Shown here piece by piece: positions 47,818-56,545 of a stretch of 64,000 bases of DNA; position 1 is the first letter of the stretch; each line of letters opens with the position of its first letter. The position numbers and the translations under genes were made by a program. Origin of the DNA: Clostridiales bacterium. GTDB lineage: Bacteria > Bacillota > Clostridia > Christensenellales > UBA3700. The DNA lies in contig SVHF01000004.1 of the NCBI GenBank assembly GCA_015055975.1, positions 5,390-69,389 of the forward strand, given 5' to 3'. The notes beneath the pieces are model-generated. The model did no database searches. It saw nothing but the letters and a program-made list of their open reading frames with translations, and was not told the origin of the DNA.

Positions 47818-47987
47818 TGGTTCATTCATTTTCTCATGCTTTGAAGATAAAACAAATATATACAAACGGACACCATATACCTGTATGGATAGTCCCTATT
47901 AAGAAATCTGAATATATGAAAGGTATATGGAGAGATCCCCTCCTTTCTGATTTCTAAAGCTACTAAATAAATTGGAGGTGATAACAA

Positions 47988-48560
47988 ATGAAAATAAACT
48001 TAGAAACAAAAACAAAAGAGCAGGAATTAATCCTGCACTATCTTGAAGAAAATGCAAGCGAAGTATTAGCTGACAAGATTAACAATGGAACGCCCTACAC
48101 AAAGGATGGCAAAGAACTAATAAATAAGAAGGATTTTGAATCCTTTATGAAATATGCTTGTGATGAAGCAAAGAAACTTGCAGAGAAAGGAGCTTCTTAT
48201 GCTTGCATTGAAGATGCTACTGTTTACCAATGGGCTATTCACTACTTTGAAGAAGATACTATCTTAGGAACTTTATATAACCAAGACGGAACTTTATATG
48301 AAGAACCAAAGAAAGAAATACCAAAGGCTACTCCAAAACCTGTCGTTAAAGAAGAACCAAAGGTTAAACAACTATCTTTATTCGATATGATTGAGCAAAA
48401 CTTTCCACCAAAAGATCAACAAGATGTAGAAGAAAAAGCCGATACATCACCTAAAAATGAGGTTATTGACTTTGAAACAGGTGAGGTATTCGAAACACCA
48501 AACGAAACAGATAGCACTATTGCTACTTTAAACGCTTTATTCGGAGGTTCACAATGCTAA
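47988..48560 (+). CDS. PcfK-like protein (the family that includes the Cas9 inhibitor AcrIIA9)
   Basis: 190 aa with a GGAGGTG RBS. The N-terminal domain ending in ATVYQWAIHYFEED matches my recollection of PcfK-like proteins. A PcfJ-like gene follows, as on pCF10-type elements. Confidence 0.65.
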   Translation: MKINLETKTKEQELILHYLEENASEVLADKINNGTPYTKDGKELINKKDFESFMKYACDEAKKLAEKGASYACIEDATVYQWAIHYFEEDTILGTLYNQDGTLYEEPKKEIPKATPKPVVKEEPKVKQLSLFDMIEQNFPPKDQQDVEEKADTSPKNEVIDFETGEVFETPNETDSTIATLNALFGGSQC

Positions 48561-49834
48561 TAGAAAAGATTAAACCAATACCTAAATATATAGAGAAACA
48601 AATAATAACGAAATATGAGCAAAGCAATTATGCTGAACACTATTATTCATATCTAACAAAGAATGATGGCGAACTAGTAGAAATGCTAGTTGCTGTAAAG
48701 CCATATAAAGGAAACATCTATTTAAAGCAAGTCGCTTGTCATGGAATAGACTCAGAAGAAGCTTTTATAAAAGATATGAACTTTACATATCTTGCTGGCT
48801 ATCGAGTTGGCTGGTATGCCGAAGGATTAACTAAACAGCAAAAATATTGGGAAGATGGTAGATGGTGGAAATCTTATGATGAATACTATAACCCATACTC
48901 AGTTTTACTAAATCCTGAATATGCTAATAAACAAAAAGAATTCAAATATGCTCTTGTAGAAAAAGTGTCTGGAGTATACATATTTACATATCTTAGACTG
49001 TTTAGAGAATTCCCTGAGATGGAATCTATCGAAAAGATGGGACTTGCTTGTCTTATATATTCTAAACAGATCTTAAAGAAATTTAGAAAAGATACTACAT
49101 TTAGGAAATGGCTTTATAAGAATAAGGCAAACATTAACCAAAAGAGATATAGGATTGGAGATATTATATCAGCATACAACAAGCATATAGAGATAGATTC
49201 ATATTGCGAATGGGCTGACTTTAAACGCAAATACAAAGGCGTTTCTCTTAATGGATTTAAAGATTTAAAATCTTTCTTCAATTACATCAAGAAACAAGAT
49301 GCAAACGTAGAATCATATAAAGATTATATGTTAGCTTGCCAAGAACTTGAGATAGATACTTCTCTACCTAAAAACTATATGCCACATAATTTCAAGTATT
49401 GGCACGATGTTAGAATAGACCAACTAAATGCTTTAAAAGCCGAAAGAGATAGAAAAGCAAGAGAAGAACTATATAACAAGTTTGCTATTGTATCTAACAA
49501 ATATTCTTCCCTACAAAAGCTAAAAGGAAATATGTATGTAGCCATCATACCAACTAGCCCTGCTGACTTAATTCAAGAAGGCGATATTCTACACCATTGT
49601 GTAGGTAGAATGAACTATGATGCTAAATTTTCAAGAGAAGAAACCCTTATATTCTTTATTCGAGATATACAAAACATTAAACAACCTTTGGTTACTATTG
49701 AATATTCTTTACGTGAACATAAAGTCCTTCAATGCTATGGAGATCACGATACAAAACCAAATGAACAAATAGAAAACTTTGTTTTCAAACAATGGCTACC
49801 TTATGCCAATAGACAATTAAAGAAAATCGCTTAG
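48554..49834 (+). CDS. PcfJ-like protein
   Basis: 426 aa. The C-terminal block LIQEGDILHHCVGRMNY...TIEYSL...VLQCYGDHDTKP resembles the PcfJ domain as I recall it. Confidence 0.65.
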   Translation: MLIEKIKPIPKYIEKQIITKYEQSNYAEHYYSYLTKNDGELVEMLVAVKPYKGNIYLKQVACHGIDSEEAFIKDMNFTYLAGYRVGWYAEGLTKQQKYWEDGRWWKSYDEYYNPYSVLLNPEYANKQKEFKYALVEKVSGVYIFTYLRLFREFPEMESIEKMGLACLIYSKQILKKFRKDTTFRKWLYKNKANINQKRYRIGDIISAYNKHIEIDSYCEWADFKRKYKGVSLNGFKDLKSFFNYIKKQDANVESYKDYMLACQELEIDTSLPKNYMPHNFKYWHDVRIDQLNALKAERDRKAREELYNKFAIVSNKYSSLQKLKGNMYVAIIPTSPADLIQEGDILHHCVGRMNYDAKFSREETLIFFIRDIQNIKQPLVTIEYSLREHKVLQCYGDHDTKPNEQIENFVFKQWLPYANRQLKKIA

Positions 49835-49845
49835 GAGAAATACTT

Positions 49846-50160
49846 ATGGAAAACTATTTTAGAATTACTGCACAATTAGATAATGGAACAAGCTTTATAC
49901 TAGACTCTCATGGTATGTTTGAAAAACTATGGGAATTTTCTGTATATGTTAAATCCAAAGGAGCATCAATTATTGAAGCTACATCATCTGAACAATTTAT
50001 AGATATTAATACTCAAAAAGAGATACAAAGATATTCAGATAAATTATTCCTTATTGCCTGCGACCCTGACCCAGCAAAATGGATTGACTATGAATATGAG
50101 GGGAAGAAATATAAGGCAATACAAGTAAGAGATAAGATTTATATACCGAGAAAGGAGTAA
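49846..50160 (+). CDS. hypothetical 104-aa protein
   Basis: AGGAGA RBS. Last gene of the plus-strand cassette. Confidence 0.6.
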   Translation: MENYFRITAQLDNGTSFILDSHGMFEKLWEFSVYVKSKGASIIEATSSEQFIDINTQKEIQRYSDKLFLIACDPDPAKWIDYEYEGKKYKAIQVRDKIYIPRKE

Positions 50161-50167
50161 TTGAAAA

Positions 50168-50190
50168 AGCCAGGTCTTTCGATCTGGCTT
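50168..50190. terminator. bidirectional hairpin between the convergent cassette and the R-M genes
   Basis: AGCCAGGTC-tttc-GATCTGGCT. Confidence 0.55.
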
Positions 50191-50674
50191 AAATTCTATC
50201 TCCATATGGCAACGCTTTTATATAATTCTCCATATAACTCCAATCCGGACTTCCATCTTTTGTTGCTGGCATTTTTAAAATCGTTTCATTTATTAAATCC
50301 ATTTTAAACGATCTACCATAACTATATTTATATCTTTCTTTTTCAATTAATGATTTAACAAATAGTGCAGTATATTTATTAATCCAATCAGCTCTACAAA
50401 CTACTATATGATCACCCGTTACAAAATCTTCTTCTTGATAAAAAATAGTAGAAGTTGTGTCACCAATGATTAAAGCACCACCCTTTTCTTTACTTGTTAC
50501 ACTTGTTTTATCAATATAGCAATCACAACCATTTTTGTTTTCCGTTCTAGTAATAAATCGTATTCTTTCTTCACTTGGAGAATCAAAATACTCTATATCA
50601 TTCTTTACATATGCCGTTGCTTTATATATTTTGGACAACAAATCGCCAAACCTAAACTCTTTCCAATCATTCAC
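50189..50674 (-). CDS. R-M specificity subunit, second target-recognition half (no ATG or RBS of its own; reading frame continues upstream to the G9 tract)
   Basis: 161 aa from a GTG codon. It begins NDWKEFRFGDLL and ends MPATKDGSPDWSYMENYIKAL, a TRD-plus-conserved-region layout like an HsdS half. Confidence 0.6.
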   Translation of the reverse strand: MNDWKEFRFGDLLSKIYKATAYVKNDIEYFDSPSEERIRFITRTENKNGCDCYIDKTSVTSKEKGGALIIGDTTSTIFYQEEDFVTGDHIVVCRADWINKYTALFVKSLIEKERYKYSYGRSFKMDLINETILKMPATKDGSPDWSYMENYIKALPYGDRI

Positions 50675-51185
50675 ACCATGAATAACTGATTGATACCCCC
50701 CCCCTATTCTTAGTCGTAATAGGATTAGAGTTTAGAGTTTTTATGTAATTATCCATAAAAGCCCAATCAGGCTCTCCATCTTTTGTCGCAGGCAATTTAA
50801 TTACTATCTTTTTAGAATTACCAACTCTACATTGTCTACCATATGCCCACTTATAATTTTCATTAAAATTAATAACTTGAGCAACAAAAAGCCCGATCCT
50901 ACTATTCATTTTAAACTTAGGAATAAATATGTTTACGTCTGAAGTAGCACAAAAAGGTTCTGGTGCATAAAAGGCTGTACAACCGACCTTTCCAGTAACA
51001 ATGCAATTGCCCTCAAAATCTGGAGCTAAGTCTATATATGAACCAATTCCATTGTTTTCGTTTGAAGCAGAATAATATGGAGTTTTTCCTTCTTCATATT
51101 CCTCTGGATAATGATATTTCCCTGGTATTATATTGAAATAATCATATAATAAAAATTCTTTCCAGTTTTCTGTATTAAGACTCAT
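50667..51185 (-). CDS. R-M specificity subunit, first target-recognition half (terminates 25 nt after the G9 tract)
   Basis: Start at the ATG at 51185, after GAGGGG. Carries NTENWKEFLLYDYF...LPATKDGEPDWAFMDNYIKTL. The tail NRGGVSISYSWCE looks out of frame. Confidence 0.65.
   Translation of the reverse strand: MSLNTENWKEFLLYDYFNIIPGKYHYPEEYEEGKTPYYSASNENNGIGSYIDLAPDFEGNCIVTGKVGCTAFYAPEPFCATSDVNIFIPKFKMNSRIGLFVAQVINFNENYKWAYGRQCRVGNSKKIVIKLPATKDGEPDWAFMDNYIKTLNSNPITTKNRGGVSISYSWCE
50696..50704. repeat. C9 (coding-strand G9) homopolymer at the junction of the two specificity half-genes
   Basis: It is the only 9-nt G/C homopolymer I saw in this AT-rich window. Confidence 0.95.
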
Positions 51186-53004
51186 ATACATGCCCCTCTT
51201 TAACCAAAAATGCTAAATAATCATTTATAGTTTTTTGAAAATCTGCATCAGACAATTTTGAATAATCGGTCTTCATATAAGCTTCGCACAACCATTCATC
51301 TTTACCTGTTACTTTTTTTACTGCAGATAAACCATCAACGCTTCTTCTATTTCTATATAACTCAATCCACTGCTTCTCTATAGCATCCCATTTACTATTA
51401 CCTTTTGAGTCAACTTGCTCAACACGTCCAATATTCTTTTTCTTCTTAAATCCATCATCCTTATAATATCCAAAGAATGTATCTGGATTTGAAACATCTT
51501 TATGCTTTTTCCCAATTTTAAACACCATACAACAAGCTGATGCTGATGCTCCTGGGTAGAATACTTCGCCAGGTAAAGTGAAAACTGCATCTAACGTATT
51601 TTCTTCTAATATTTTCCCTTTAATAGCGGAAATATCGCTACTTGACCCAATTGCACACGCAACAGGCAACAAACATGCTAAAGTGGCTTGGACATTAGCC
51701 TTATTCAAAGTATCACAAATATATTTTACGAAATAAAAACCCTTCGTTGGATCTTCTTTTTTGTCCTTAGGCCAAGTATCTGTAAAAGCTTCTGGCAAAT
51801 GCTTTCTTTGCGCATTGTATGGAGGATTCATAAGGATTACATTTGGCTTTGTATCTTTAATTAAATCTTCATAATCAAAACAACTTCCAACTCTAATATT
51901 AGAATTTCCATCAGAATGAATTAACATATTAGTTGTTGCTAACCCATACACATTCTCATCATATTCAATTCCATAGATTTGTTTTTTCTTTACTTCGGCT
52001 TGTTCTTCTGCCGTTGAACAATCATCTAAAGCTTGCGTCATTGCCCTAACAAGGAACGAACCACTTCCACAGCATGGATCTAAAATAACGGAATGCTTAT
52101 TTACTCCACATATTTTTGACATAAAATCTGTAATATGATCAGGAGTAAACGCTTGGTTTTTATCTTGTTTTCCAACGTACTTATTAAATGTAATAAAGAA
52201 TAGATTCAATAAATCTTGGCCCGCGGTACTCTTATCGTTAATAAATGGCAAAATGTTTTCTTCAATAAACTCTAAGATTTTTCTAAAATCTTCTATCTTT
52301 AAAGCACGAACATCTTGTGAATCAATAACATTTTTGTTTAACAAGACCAATTTCTCAGCTTTTCTCAAATCGCCATTTAACAAATTTTCCAATATTTCAC
52401 TAAATCTGGCTCTTATTTGTTTAGCAGTCAATGATGGAATGTTGTAATCCAATCCATTCTTTAATCCTAATAAACATGTTCCAACAAACTGACTTCTCAA
52501 ATCTTCCGAAATACCATAACGATGCAATAGTTCGTTTAGTTTATATGTATTGCTCATTACTTTTTCTTTGTTGTTAATTTTTGTTGTATAAAAATCTATA
52601 TATTCGTCAATTGTCTTTAACTTTGTTTCTGTAGGCATAAAATCCATATCTGATACAACGCCACGCCAAACCAAAATATCATCATTTGTTGTATTTGCTA
52701 AAATAGCCACAATCTTATTTGTTGGAAATAACTGTTTTTCATATTGTACATATGCAGCCAACTGTTCTTTTGCGCTATCCAAATCATTATTAAAATCAAT
52801 TTTTGTTTCAATTAATACAGCTACACCATCTTTAACAAATCGTAAATCAAGCTTTTCATATTTTCTATTATCTTTTTTGCTTGTTATTGGTGTAAATGTA
52901 ATAGCAAGTTTTTTGAACTCTTTAGGATAACTAAACTCATCGTTTTCAATGTTAGCAACTAAATTCCCTGCTCCTACTGTTGTAATCATCTGATTTCTCT
53001 TCAT
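51175..53004 (-). CDS. gamma-class N6-adenine DNA methyltransferase with an extra N-terminal PD-(D/E)xK-like domain (BcgI-A-like R/M fusion candidate)
   Basis: Start trimmed to the ATG at 53004, after AGGAG. Motif I is ILDPCCGSGSFLV and motif IV is ILMNPPYN. The N-terminal ~130 aa contain KLDLRF...VAVLIETK (D, 12 residues, then E-x-K). Confidence 0.8.
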   Translation of the reverse strand: MKRNQMITTVGAGNLVANIENDEFSYPKEFKKLAITFTPITSKKDNRKYEKLDLRFVKDGVAVLIETKIDFNNDLDSAKEQLAAYVQYEKQLFPTNKIVAILANTTNDDILVWRGVVSDMDFMPTETKLKTIDEYIDFYTTKINNKEKVMSNTYKLNELLHRYGISEDLRSQFVGTCLLGLKNGLDYNIPSLTAKQIRARFSEILENLLNGDLRKAEKLVLLNKNVIDSQDVRALKIEDFRKILEFIEENILPFINDKSTAGQDLLNLFFITFNKYVGKQDKNQAFTPDHITDFMSKICGVNKHSVILDPCCGSGSFLVRAMTQALDDCSTAEEQAEVKKKQIYGIEYDENVYGLATTNMLIHSDGNSNIRVGSCFDYEDLIKDTKPNVILMNPPYNAQRKHLPEAFTDTWPKDKKEDPTKGFYFVKYICDTLNKANVQATLACLLPVACAIGSSSDISAIKGKILEENTLDAVFTLPGEVFYPGASASACCMVFKIGKKHKDVSNPDTFFGYYKDDGFKKKKNIGRVEQVDSKGNSKWDAIEKQWIELYRNRRSVDGLSAVKKVTGKDEWLCEAYMKTDYSKLSDADFQKTINDYLAFLVKEGHVYES

Positions 53005-53093
53005 AATAAAACTCCTAAACGCAATTATTATAACACGCACGCACGAAGTATAACAATACCGAAAATGTCACCTTATTAACCTACTAAACTGCT

Positions 53094-53415
53094 AAGTGGT
53101 AATGAGACGTGTGCTTGTCTTGATACGAGCGTCTCGCTTCGCTCGCCGTCGACAAGCACACGCCCACCCGATGAACTTGATAAACTGCTGAAACAAAAAA
53201 GTTGCTGGGGCGGTAGCGAGTTCCGCTGAACCGCTCCACAACCATCTCGCTATCACACATTTCCAGTCAATCTTAAATTTTGTTTTTCATCGCATTGTTT
53301 AAATCAATTGTTCAAAACGGTTGTTGGGCTTTGTTTTTCTTGTCGATCTCGGCGTTCATTCGTTATTAGTTTTTAGTTCAAGTGGTGATGGGCGTGTCGC
53401 TTGTCTTGATACGAG
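53094..53415. other. candidate rolling-circle replication origin: GC-rich hairpins and repeats upstream of rep
   Basis: - A 12-bp inverted repeat, 53108-53119 with 53151-53162, enclosing a nested CGAGCG/CGCTCG.
- TAGCGAG/CTCGCTA arms.
- The 16-nt core CTTGTCTTGATACGAG at 53114-53129 and again at 53400-53415.
- ATTGTT(T/C)AAA at 53294 and 53307. Confidence 0.45.
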
Positions 53416-53439
53416 AATAAATATTTAAATATTTATATA

Positions 53440-54357
53440 TTATGAACTCTTAGTTTTCAATAATGGTTTAACTTCCTTAGACATATTACCTAAGAATTCC
53501 CCTTCATCCCAACATTCAAAATCATCAGGAAGAACCATACTCTTTTCATACTTGCCTATTCTTCCTAAATCATCATCACTGTTAATGTCAGAAACTAAGA
53601 ACATTGGTAGCCCCTTGGAATGAATAACCTTTTCATTTGTCTTAGATATGTATTTCATGATGTAGCTTATTGCCATCTCATATGCTTGCTTATGCTGTAT
53701 TATTTCTCTAAAATCGTTTCTTCCAAAATGCTCTTCAAAAAATGTATTATATGTTGTTTCTTGCATCTTATGTTGTTTTGTACTGTAATCTTTTCTAACT
53801 TTTAATTCTCCAACCATCTTTCCTTCAGGAATATATAACATCCCATGGAAATGTAATCTTTCATTTGGAGAGATCTCCCATACGCCCATATATTTCCAAC
53901 CATATTTTTTCTTATACTTACACAACTTATTTATTAGCCCTCTTTTAAAAGATGCTTCTGTATGCTTTTCATCATCATATGTAAATGTTACGAAATAGTT
54001 AAACTCATTCATAAATGCCTTTCGCATAAAAGTTCTTTTCTTTCTTGCTATTTGATTCTGTCTACGTTCAGCTTCCTTTTCTACTAATTCTCTTGCCCTT
54101 TGCTCAGACATACATTGTTCCATTAATTTCTCTACTGCTTTTTCCTTTCGTTTCTCTCCTTTCAATTCACTACTATCTTCATAAGCTTCTTTTGCTGCTT
54201 CCTTTTCTTTATCCACAATCTCTTCTTTTTCTTTCTCGCCAATAATATCTAAAAGATTGTCTGCCATCTTCTTTGGCTTTCTAGGTTTGGCTGGATGATA
54301 TGTAATAGCAACATAGTGAGATCCATCATGGTATACTTTCGCTGCTGGATACATCAT
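53440..54357 (-). CDS. HUH-superfamily rolling-circle replication initiator (two-Tyr type)
   Basis: Start at the ATG at 54357, after GGAGGTG. Motif I is FVTFTYD, motif II (HUH) is RLHFHGMLYI and motif III is YIMKYISK (Y-x-x-K-Y). Confidence 0.8.
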   Translation of the reverse strand: MMYPAAKVYHDGSHYVAITYHPAKPRKPKKMADNLLDIIGEKEKEEIVDKEKEAAKEAYEDSSELKGEKRKEKAVEKLMEQCMSEQRARELVEKEAERRQNQIARKKRTFMRKAFMNEFNYFVTFTYDDEKHTEASFKRGLINKLCKYKKKYGWKYMGVWEISPNERLHFHGMLYIPEGKMVGELKVRKDYSTKQHKMQETTYNTFFEEHFGRNDFREIIQHKQAYEMAISYIMKYISKTNEKVIHSKGLPMFLVSDINSDDDLGRIGKYEKSMVLPDDFECWDEGEFLGNMSKEVKPLLKTKSS

Positions 54358-54424
54358 AATTATCACCTCCTTTGCATCCCTGCATGAAAATATATAGACG
54401 GAGCTTTTACACCCCGCCTATATC

Positions 54425-56545
54425 TCAATCTTCTTTATATAATGAATTTATAAAATAGCTGTTTTGCATTTTCAGTTCATCTACACTAGCTTTAGTCTCC
54501 ATATATTCTTCATAATCATCAAGACCTACTTTTGTTTGTCTTGCTCTATCATTGAAATAATCACTAAAACAATCTGTAGAGAATCTATCTGCATAAATCT
54601 TTTTGTTAATGACATAATACCTTTCTTCAATAGCATCGCCTTCCATTGTGCCTTTTTCTCTAGATATATACGCTACCGAATATCCATACTTATTAACGGC
54701 TAAACAATGTTGCTTATATAAAAATGCTGCTATCGATTTGAACAAATACATAAATAAGGTATTATCTCCTCTTAAATATCTTATGCTTGTGTATAAGCCC
54801 AAAAACTTATCACAAATGTATCTATACACTTTACCTTCTAACAAATAACCAACTGACGCAAACTTTGTTTGAGAAACTTCATTAATCGTTAGAATATCGC
54901 ATAGATCTCTTGCATCTGCTCCCCAAGATTCAGGTCTTTGCTCATCCGTAAATACCTTTATAAATGGGAAGTTTTCAACTGTGGCTGAGTGTCTACACAT
55001 TTTTAACCAAGAATTAAATAGGTCATTCTTTTGGTTAGTTACAAACTCACCTTTCTTAACTTCCTTTAATTCCAATGTGTTTCCACGTTCTTTTCCTACC
55101 TCAGATATATTAACTACACCAAATTCAAAGCTACCTGTCTTTTCATTGTTCTCTAACACTTGCTTACCTAGTCTTAACGCATCAAAATCTAGAATGTGAG
55201 CATGTCTTGAAAACCTATTTCTATTATTCGAGAAGAAATTGAAATTCCATAATGGGAAATTGCCTTCTTCATAGATATAGTTATCCTCTCTAATAGAATA
55301 GTTTGAAACCATCAATGAACTTTGAATAATATAGATTAGATATAGTTGAGCATAACTCTCCAATATATCCCAGATATTAACTACCTTTAATGCATCATAA
55401 TATTCATAAGGATATCTCTTTATGTCATAACCATATAACTTGTCTGCTGATGGATTCTTTTCATATCTCATACGTTTTTTCTCAATCCATCCTTTCGCTG
55501 TAGCCAAGTTATATATTTGCCTATACCCCATCATCCTTTGAATATCTAACTCAAATAGAATCCATGGGAAATTTGGAAATCTTAAATCACAATCTTGTAA
55601 TAGCTCTAATGCTTTTTGCCTAAACATTACCTCTTGAGATAATGCCATATCTGTTATCAATGTTGTTTTCTTCTTTCCCATTGATCCACAAACCATAGAT
55701 ACTATTGGAAGTTCATTAATAAATCCTTTATCACAACATTCCATTCTATTTAGTTCTCTTAAAGCAGCTTCGTGTCTTGCTTTAATAAACAACCATATAA
55801 ATATGATTGGAGCAATAATAGGCACTTGCTTGATAGGAGTTTGTATATCCAATATAAACTTCACCAATTGTATATATAAGTCTGCTACATTAAACGTCAC
55901 TACGAAATAGAAATAGAATGATAAGAATTCAAATACTATCGTAAAGATATTTAGATTAATGCCCCAAACCAATATCAACAAAACAATAACTGGTGTACAA
56001 TTACGCAAATAATCAATATACCCCTTTATAGCTTCTTTTATTGGCTGAAAGATAAAAATATCAATACGTTTCCATATTTTTAAAGGTATTGTATCTCTAT
56101 TATAGTTGTTATTTGGCTTCATATAGAGCTGTTTGATTAGATATCCAAATAAGAATAATAATGGTATTAAAATCGCTCCTGCCTTGCCTATATAGCCCAT
56201 TATATTTCCCGTCTCTCCTAGCCAATTAGTGAAATTCTTTTTAGATATAAACAATTCCCAATAATCTTTTGCTCTATCCGATACTCCATCTTGTGTCTTA
56301 GCAAAAAAGTTATCCCAAGTTATAAACTCAGAATAACCATTAACACCTAATTCCTGTGTATAGTCCTTTTGAACTATCCTCATGAAATAGTATTTGATAG
56401 ACTCTCCTAGATGAAATATAGATTCTTCTGCACGACAATATGATCTAAAAAATATATCTAATCCAATAACTATTGAAGCTGCAATTATAAGAACTGACAC
56501 TATCGCATATATTATGTCTTTTAATTTATTATTTTCATTTATCAT
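54425..56545 (-). CDS. 706-aa protein: ~260-aa polytopic membrane domain plus a C-terminal P-loop NTPase (distantly Zot/pI-like)
   Basis: About 6 TM helices at the N-terminus. P-loop-like VCGSMGKKKTT, candidate Walker B GVVNISE, and then CRH...IKVFTDEQRP, which is reminiscent of the Zot-family RH...TQ block. Confidence 0.7.
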   Translation of the reverse strand: MINENNKLKDIIYAIVSVLIIAASIVIGLDIFFRSYCRAEESIFHLGESIKYYFMRIVQKDYTQELGVNGYSEFITWDNFFAKTQDGVSDRAKDYWELFISKKNFTNWLGETGNIMGYIGKAGAILIPLLFLFGYLIKQLYMKPNNNYNRDTIPLKIWKRIDIFIFQPIKEAIKGYIDYLRNCTPVIVLLILVWGINLNIFTIVFEFLSFYFYFVVTFNVADLYIQLVKFILDIQTPIKQVPIIAPIIFIWLFIKARHEAALRELNRMECCDKGFINELPIVSMVCGSMGKKKTTLITDMALSQEVMFRQKALELLQDCDLRFPNFPWILFELDIQRMMGYRQIYNLATAKGWIEKKRMRYEKNPSADKLYGYDIKRYPYEYYDALKVVNIWDILESYAQLYLIYIIQSSLMVSNYSIREDNYIYEEGNFPLWNFNFFSNNRNRFSRHAHILDFDALRLGKQVLENNEKTGSFEFGVVNISEVGKERGNTLELKEVKKGEFVTNQKNDLFNSWLKMCRHSATVENFPFIKVFTDEQRPESWGADARDLCDILTINEVSQTKFASVGYLLEGKVYRYICDKFLGLYTSIRYLRGDNTLFMYLFKSIAAFLYKQHCLAVNKYGYSVAYISREKGTMEGDAIEERYYVINKKIYADRFSTDCFSDYFNDRARQTKVGLDDYEEYMETKASVDELKMQNSYFINSLYKED

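Noticed and set aside
47745-47957. 70-aa ORF after the 139-aa gene
   Set aside because: It runs straight through a good intrinsic terminator (47788-47817), has no RBS, and has an implausible composition.
54425-56545. Conjugative coupling protein (VirD4/TcpA-like) as the identity of the TM-plus-P-loop protein
   Set aside because: No relaxase, VirB4-like ATPase or other T4SS components are present in the island. The neighbours are small anchored or secreted proteins plus an HUH Rep of the phage two-Tyr type. The question is kept open in the findings because I cannot run profile searches.
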